From: Spirochaetia bacterium
GTDB taxonomy: Bacteria; Spirochaetota; Spirochaetia; UBA9216
NCBI GenBank assembly: GCA_963675665.1
Contig: OY776510.1
Location: 1,888,001-1,952,000 of the forward strand
Length of the DNA: 64,000 bases
Direction: 5' to 3'
The notes under the pieces are model-generated. The model was not told the DNA's origin, searched no databases, and saw only the letters and a list, made by a program, of their open reading frames with translations. Position numbers and translations under genes: made by a program. How positions within the stretch are numbered: the first letter of the stretch is position 1; each line of letters starts with the position of its first letter. Shown here piece by piece: positions 58,507 to 64,000 of the stretch.

Positions 58507-59668
58507 ACTGAAGAAAATAAGGCAGGTTTGGATGCCCTGGATTACTTTTATGGCTAACGGTCTGTGGGTCCTTGTTATAGGACTTATGGGACCGTCGGTT
58601 CCGTTTATTATCAATGAATTCTCAATTGATTATTCTCAGGCCGGGTTAATATTTACTCTGCTTTCAATCGCATCTTTCCTGGGCACCTTCGCCGGCGGCT
58701 GGATTTCGGATTACCGCTACCGAAAGTTTTTCTGGATGCTTTTTCTGGTTATGCTGACCGCCGGACTGGTGTTTTTCGGGTTTGCCGCCTCTTTTTCAAT
58801 GATTCTCGTAATTGTATTTGTAATGAGTTTATTCGGCAGTCCAATCGGTGCGGTAGGGCAGAGCATCATGCTTCAGATGTTTCCGGAAAAGAGAAGCTCC
58901 TATCTGTCGCTGTCTACTATGTTCGCCGCCGTCGGAAGTTTTCTTGCGCCGATATTGATTTCTCTTGCCTGCCTGACAGGTTTCGGATGGCGCGGAGCTT
59001 TTTATGCAGCTGCGTTAATAGCACTGGTTCTGTTTACACTTGTATCTTTTTCCGGATTGCCGAAACCGCCGGTCCATCAGGGCGGAGCATTAAGCGTGTT
59101 CAGGCTGTTCGGCGATCGAAGGGTCCTTTTTGCCGGGATTATGATTTTTTTAAGCGTCGGTCTTGATTTGGGATTCTCGTATTGGCTTGCTGAATATTTT
59201 GTAAGTAAAGTTGGAACAGCGGCAGAGTTTTCAGGATTTGCTGTCGGCTGTTATCTTGCCGGAGTCATCTCCGGGCGTTTTGCGAACTCCAGAAAGCCTT
59301 TATCAATCGGTTATGGTAAGCTGTGCGGAACAGGTCTTGTGCTTGCCGCGGTATGGCTTGTATTGTTTCTGAATGTTGAACTTGTATCGATGAAGCTTGT
59401 CTTTTGTTTTCTGTACGGATTATGTATTGCGCCGACCTTTCCTTCAATGATGGCTGTGGGAACGGGGTTTTATCCTAAGCGTTCAGGAGCGGTAACTGCG
59501 GTTCTTTTTTCAATGATGTCTTTAAGCGGAGCAGTATTCCCGGTAGTTATCGGTTCCATCGGCCAGGTAATGGGGATAGAAAAAGCATACTATGCGCTTA
59601 TTCTGATAATGGTTCCTGTTCTCGCAGGACTGCTTTTCAGCGGAAAACTTACCCGGCAGCCTTCCTGA
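58442..59668 (+). CDS. MFS transporter (true start uncertain, between 58442 and 58532)
   Basis: About 12 TM segments, GWISD.R.RK motif A, GP..P.I, P.FP. Confidence 0.85.
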   Translation: MKPCADSFMKDGLWIRQWPIYKLKKIRQVWMPWITFMANGLWVLVIGLMGPSVPFIINEFSIDYSQAGLIFTLLSIASFLGTFAGGWISDYRYRKFFWMLFLVMLTAGLVFFGFAASFSMILVIVFVMSLFGSPIGAVGQSIMLQMFPEKRSSYLSLSTMFAAVGSFLAPILISLACLTGFGWRGAFYAAALIALVLFTLVSFSGLPKPPVHQGGALSVFRLFGDRRVLFAGIMIFLSVGLDLGFSYWLAEYFVSKVGTAAEFSGFAVGCYLAGVISGRFANSRKPLSIGYGKLCGTGLVLAAVWLVLFLNVELVSMKLVFCFLYGLCIAPTFPSMMAVGTGFYPKRSGAVTAVLFSMMSLSGAVFPVVIGSIGQVMGIEKAYYALILIMVPVLAGLLFSGKLTRQPS

Positions 59669-61391
59669 CCCTTCTGAGGTTCTCTTCCCGTTCAACAAAA
59701 CCATCCTCTTCCATGCGGTTTAACAGCGGAATTATATATTTGCGGGACAGCCCGGAACGCTCCTTTGCATGCGCTATATCAAAGGTGTCGCCTGAAGTTA
59801 ATCCCCGAAGAATGTCGGCTTTCAGGTTTTCATAGTTTTCCTGCGTCAGAAAAAGGTTTTCCGCAAGCGGTATTATGAGTCCCGCACGCGTAAGGTTCCT
59901 CAGCTCGTTTTTTGCTCCGGGAATCCTTGTTTTATTCAGATCCAGGCCTAATTTACCTTCTTTACCGGCTAGATCAAGGATCTTCCTTGCATTTTCCGAA
60001 AGCTTTGCCCTGGTGTCGGAACTGTCGCCGCTGAACAGCGTGCCGTTCTTTTCAACGAGTTTATCGTCCGACAGAAGCGAGTTGATTATAAAGTCGGCGG
60101 CCCCTGCGGGCATGTCAAGCTTTCCCGAGAGTTCTTCCCGACGCAATCCGCCGGCTCCTGAAGCATGTTCAAGCAGTATCTTTTCCGTTTCTGCTTTTTT
60201 TATCTGATCGAAGACCCATTTCCCGTTATCTGCAGCAAAACCTTTTACTGCAAGCTGCAACTCCGCCCGGGTTACACCTGGCTTTCCGGCAGAGGCTTTG
60301 ATTATGCTTATTCTTTCGTCACGGTTTGTTTTGCCCTTCCAGATAATAATCCCGCTGCCGGTAATAAGGCTGCCGCCCTTTCGGATGATAACGACCGGCT
60401 GGCTGTATCTGAGTGCCATCGCATTGTCGAGAACAACACGTGCACATACCGGAATCCCCGATTCATCTTTTATAAGGTGAATGGTGCCGATTGTATGATC
60501 CGTTCCGGCTGCAAATTCGGCTTCAGAATGGTTTCTTATATTGCTGCAGTCGCCGGTGAGCTTCAAAATCAGTTCTTTTTCAGCCGTGAACCCTGATCCG
60601 GCTGTTGTCAGGCAGCAGCCGCGCCGGACTTCTGAAGCATCTGTTCCGCTGATGTTAAGGGCTGTGCGGCATGCGGGAACCGCCCTGTCGGTTTCGGTAT
60701 CGTATGTCTGAAGCCCTCTTACGCGGACTTCCCGGCCCTCCGGCAGGACCACCAGGCTGTCGCCGCGGCGAACGGCTCCTTCACGGAGGCTGCCGGTTAC
60801 AACAAGGCCTGCGCCTCGTATTGTAAATACCCTGTCGATATAGATTAACGGGTCAGAGGCAGTTCTGTTCTGCAGCCCGTCACTGATCAGCGAAAGCTGC
60901 CTGATAATAAGGTCTTTAAGTTCGGATATACCGCTGTCCGTTACGGAAGAAACAGCAATTAAAGGAGGAACCTGCCCGGTCTTGTCAAGAATTCTCAACT
61001 CGACATCGTCAGCAACCTCTTTTACACGCTCTGCAGGTACAATATCTGTTTTGGTAATCACGGCAATAAGTTGATTTATCCCCATTGCAGACAAAACATG
61101 CAGATGATTTTCGGTTTGATACATCCAGCCGTCGTCCGCGGCAACAACAAGAAGCGCAAGATCTATACCCCAGGCTCCGGCAGTCATGTTGCGGATAAAT
61201 TTTTCATGGCCTGGAACATCCACAACACCGATATCTTCCCCTTCGGTATTTTTAAAATGCGCAAACCCCAGATCTATAGTCAGGCCGCGCTTTTTTTCTT
61301 CAGGCAGCCTGTCGGTATCGATTCCGGTAAGCGCTTTTATGAGACATGTTTTACCGTGATCCACGTGGCCGGCGGTTCCGATTATATGCAT
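59649..61391 (-). CDS. selB: Selenocysteine-specific elongation factor
   Basis: GTAGHVDHGKT, DRLPEEK.RG.TIDLGFA, DVPGHE.F..NM, C-terminal SRKY.IPLL winged helix. Confidence 0.97.
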   Translation of the reverse strand: MHIIGTAGHVDHGKTCLIKALTGIDTDRLPEEKKRGLTIDLGFAHFKNTEGEDIGVVDVPGHEKFIRNMTAGAWGIDLALLVVAADDGWMYQTENHLHVLSAMGINQLIAVITKTDIVPAERVKEVADDVELRILDKTGQVPPLIAVSSVTDSGISELKDLIIRQLSLISDGLQNRTASDPLIYIDRVFTIRGAGLVVTGSLREGAVRRGDSLVVLPEGREVRVRGLQTYDTETDRAVPACRTALNISGTDASEVRRGCCLTTAGSGFTAEKELILKLTGDCSNIRNHSEAEFAAGTDHTIGTIHLIKDESGIPVCARVVLDNAMALRYSQPVVIIRKGGSLITGSGIIIWKGKTNRDERISIIKASAGKPGVTRAELQLAVKGFAADNGKWVFDQIKKAETEKILLEHASGAGGLRREELSGKLDMPAGAADFIINSLLSDDKLVEKNGTLFSGDSSDTRAKLSENARKILDLAGKEGKLGLDLNKTRIPGAKNELRNLTRAGLIIPLAENLFLTQENYENLKADILRGLTSGDTFDIAHAKERSGLSRKYIIPLLNRMEEDGFVEREENLRRVRKAAG

Positions 61392-61392
61392 C

Positions 61393-62742
61393 TCAGAGTT
61401 TTTCCTCGAGCTCTTTTAATATGTTTTTAAGCTGTTTGATCTCGTCGTCATTAAGAGCCGCAGGATTCAATAATGCTTTATCATGTTTTATTGTTCCTAT
61501 TACAGGCGGGCTGCTTTCCCGAAGAAGCTTGAGAATCTGGTCGGGTTTAAATTTATCCGACTTGATTTCAATTGCCCTGGATTCAAAGAACTGGTCCGGG
61601 GTGCTGCCGCCGCCTATGCACTGCAGATCATCGGCGAGCTGGAATATTTCGGTCGACAGGCCCCTTTTTATTTTCCGGCACTTGTCGGCTGTTTCTTCAC
61701 CGTTAACGGCTGTTTCGGCGTGACGTGAGAAGGCTCCCGGATTGTCCATCCTCTGAATGAGTGTGGATTCAAGAAGAGAATATATCGTTTTTCCCGGTCT
61801 CATGGTTCTAATCAACGGGTGTCTGTCGAGGATTTCGATCAGCTTTTTCCTTCCTGCTATGATTCCGCCCTGAGGTCCTCCCGGCATTTTATCGCACGAG
61901 AAGGTAACAAGATCGGCACCGTCCGTTATGAGCGAACGAGTTTTCTGTTCGCCCGGAAGATTTTCATTCAGAACACCCGAACCCTGGTCCACTACGGTGA
62001 GGACTCCTTCTGGCAGGGCGGACGTAATTTCCTTAAGCGAAGGTTCAGATGTGAACCCCCTCAGGGCAAAATTTGATCTATGAACTTTAAGGACCATTGC
62101 CGTGTTTTCATTTACAGCGTTAATGTAATCCGAAAGGGTTGTTATGTTTGTTGTGCCGACTTCCACAAGTTTTGCTCCCGAAGCCTTAAGAATTTCCGGA
62201 ATCCTGAAGCCTCCGCCGATCTGTACCTGTTCGCTTCTTGATACGATAACTTCTTTGCCTGCGGCAAAAGTGTTGAGAACCAGGTAAACTGCCGCAGCAT
62301 TGTTGTTTACGACAGCACAGCTTTCTGCTCCGCACAGGGTTTTTATCAGAAGAGGGATAAGGCCGTTGCGCTTTCCGCGCTTGCCTGTTTTAAGGGAAAG
62401 TTCCAGGCTGGAGTAGCCGGTATTTATCTCGCGGCAGTCTTCCCATACTTCGGGGCGTATTGGTGAACGCCCCATGTTTGTATGGAGTATAACACCGGTA
62501 GCATTGATTACGGGTCTTATTCTGCGGCTGTACAGGTCGATGCAGATTTTATCAATCAGCTTATAGAGTTCTTTCTCGCTGTACGATTTGCCGGCTTTCA
62601 GTTTTTCCCGGTAATGATCTACAGCCCGTTTTACTGCCGAGGATGTTAACGGCCGGCTGATTCTTTGCGGCCATACTGAAATACGATCGTCTTCCATGAT
62701 TTGTTCTATCTGGGGTATTTTCTTTAATTCGGAATTATCCAT
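61393..62742 (-). CDS. selA: L-seryl-tRNA(Sec) selenium transferase
   Basis: INATGV.LHTN.GR, VNNNAAA, IGGGFRIP, EVGTTN, VH.SNF, D.GSG, DK..GGPQ. Confidence 0.97.
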   Translation of the reverse strand: MDNSELKKIPQIEQIMEDDRISVWPQRISRPLTSSAVKRAVDHYREKLKAGKSYSEKELYKLIDKICIDLYSRRIRPVINATGVILHTNMGRSPIRPEVWEDCREINTGYSSLELSLKTGKRGKRNGLIPLLIKTLCGAESCAVVNNNAAAVYLVLNTFAAGKEVIVSRSEQVQIGGGFRIPEILKASGAKLVEVGTTNITTLSDYINAVNENTAMVLKVHRSNFALRGFTSEPSLKEITSALPEGVLTVVDQGSGVLNENLPGEQKTRSLITDGADLVTFSCDKMPGGPQGGIIAGRKKLIEILDRHPLIRTMRPGKTIYSLLESTLIQRMDNPGAFSRHAETAVNGEETADKCRKIKRGLSTEIFQLADDLQCIGGGSTPDQFFESRAIEIKSDKFKPDQILKLLRESSPPVIGTIKHDKALLNPAALNDDEIKQLKNILKELEEKL

Positions 62743-62893
62743 GGTTACCTTCTTTTTTTAAGAATCGGCCCGGCGGCCGTTAATCTGAAATAATAAAAAA
62801 GGGGAATAAAAAGGAATTATGCAGGATGTTGTATTGACTGAAAAGTATTAATAGGTAATAATAAGGAATATTGAGTGATGTAAGGAGCATAAA

Positions 62894-63355
62894 ATGAACA
62901 AGACATTGTATTCAGTTAATGAAATCGCTGAAATTCTCGGGTTACATCCAAAAACAGTTCAGCGTTTTATTCGCGAAGGGAAACTTAAAGCCCATAAAAT
63001 CGGCCGTGCATGGAAGGTCAGTATTGATGATCTGAAAGAATATTCTCATGCAGAACTGTCGGTTGGAACAGACGGCTCAACCGGAAAAGGTTATCCTGTT
63101 TCAGCAGACAAGCCTCTGGAGGAGCGTATAAACGTTTCGGCAGTAATTGAACTGAAAGATGCCGCCGACAGGGAAGTCTCAAGAATATCAAATACGCTGA
63201 TTGCTGTACTTAACAGCAAAGATCCCGCCTGGGGGAAAACAAGATACGACTATATTTATCAACCTGAGACAGGTACGGCAAGGTTTATCCTGTACGGAAA
63301 ACCGTTGTTTATAAGCAGTATTATAAAAATGCTGGAACCGTTGATGGATGATTAG
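62894..63355 (+). CDS. Helix-turn-helix (HTH_17-like) DNA-binding protein
   Basis: YSV.EIAE.LGLH.KTV.R.IR.GKL.A.KIG..W. Confidence 0.8.
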   Translation: MNKTLYSVNEIAEILGLHPKTVQRFIREGKLKAHKIGRAWKVSIDDLKEYSHAELSVGTDGSTGKGYPVSADKPLEERINVSAVIELKDAADREVSRISNTLIAVLNSKDPAWGKTRYDYIYQPETGTARFILYGKPLFISSIIKMLEPLMDD

Positions 63356-63375
63356 GTAGGGAACAGGAGAAGGAA

Positions 63376-64000
63376 ATGAATAAAATTGATGTGAAAAAAA
63401 GTGTTTTCCGTTCGGAAGACGGTAAAAAAAGGATACAGGATTATTACGGAAAACTCCTCGAGCAGTGGCCGGGCGGCTGCGAAAGAAAGCTGATACCTAC
63501 TGTATGCGGTGATACTCATGTAATAAGTTCCGGTAATCCGGATCTTCCCCCGCTGCTGCTTCTGCATGGAGCTTCCGGTAATTCCTCGGCATGGATGGGT
63601 TATGCAACGATATGGGCAGAATCGTTCAGGCTGGTGGCGGCTGATATGCCGGGAGAGCCGGGGTTGAGTGAAGATCGCCGGATGAGCCCCTCGGGTGATG
63701 ATTATATTTTATGGCTGGAAAGCCTGCTTGACCGGCTTGGAATTGCGCAGGTTCCAATTGTCGGAATGTCGCTCGGAAGTTTCGTTGCGCTGCGGTTTGC
63801 ATCAGCTTTTCCGGATCGTGTCAGCTCTTTAAGTCTGATTACTGCTTCAGGTCTTGCCCCTGCACGGATCAGCTATCTTTTTAAAGCTCTTCCACTGATG
63901 ATGCTCGGAAAATGGGGAGCCGATCGCAATTACAGGATGATCTCCCATGGGCAGCCCCTTACGGATGAGGTTTTTGAATTCGGAAGGCTTGTTTCAAAAT
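63376..64000 (+). CDS. Alpha/beta hydrolase (3' truncated)
   Basis: Read manually from ATG 63376 after an AGGAG RBS: LLLLHG, DMPG.PG.S, GMSLG nucleophile elbow; open to window end. Confidence 0.85.
   Translation, partial: MNKIDVKKSVFRSEDGKKRIQDYYGKLLEQWPGGCERKLIPTVCGDTHVISSGNPDLPPLLLLHGASGNSSAWMGYATIWAESFRLVAADMPGEPGLSEDRRMSPSGDDYILWLESLLDRLGIAQVPIVGMSLGSFVALRFASAFPDRVSSLSLITASGLAPARISYLFKALPLMMLGKWGADRNYRMISHGQPLTDEVFEFGRLVSK

Noticed and set aside
59649-62893. selC (tRNA-Sec) or selD near selAB
   Set aside because: No cloverleaf with a UCA anticodon or SelD-like ORF was recognisable; no tRNA or rRNA is called in this window.
62894-63355. Excisionase marking a mobile element
   Set aside because: No integrase, tRNA or att site nearby; it has an extra C-terminal domain and precedes a hydrolase, consistent with a local regulator.

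Overview
Bacterial chromosomal window, most likely from a free-living anaerobic spirochaete (inferred from the 'FAGGQQE' N-termini of the solute-binding proteins and the spirochaete-like yajC-secD-secF). Left to right: the end of a phage tail-collar-like gene, a DeoR/Ldh_2/malic enzyme block, yajC-secDF, transport and lipoprotein genes, an AT-rich rare-sugar island (LsrF-like, SDR, DeoR, ABC transporter, rhamnulokinase-like) and argF. A ~28 kb FadR-associated catabolic cluster follows: class III aminotransferase, ATP-dependent hydantoinase A/B, opine dehydrogenase, atypical carbamoyltransferase, a selenocysteine glycine/betaine-reductase-family system (GrdB and GrdA with in-frame UGA, a GrdE homologue lacking the cleavage Cys, thioredoxin, fused GrdC-GrdD), aldehyde:ferredoxin oxidoreductase, XDH-family molybdoenzyme, amidohydrolase, atypical PreA and a nucleoside-type ABC transporter. 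The window ends with a MerR polyol operon, selB-selA and a partial hydrolase. Two things stand out. (1) A non-coding array of seven long, nearly all perfect palindromes between grdE and grdA, arranged as an A-B-C/A-B-C unit with a ~116-bp period, whose stems have diverged with compensatory changes; related palindromes overlap stop codons at 1.6 and 2.8 kb. (2) An apparently new Grd-linked heterocycle/N-substituted-glycine fermentation pathway with several enzymes carrying non-canonical substrate motifs. All family calls are from motif recognition; no database searches were run.
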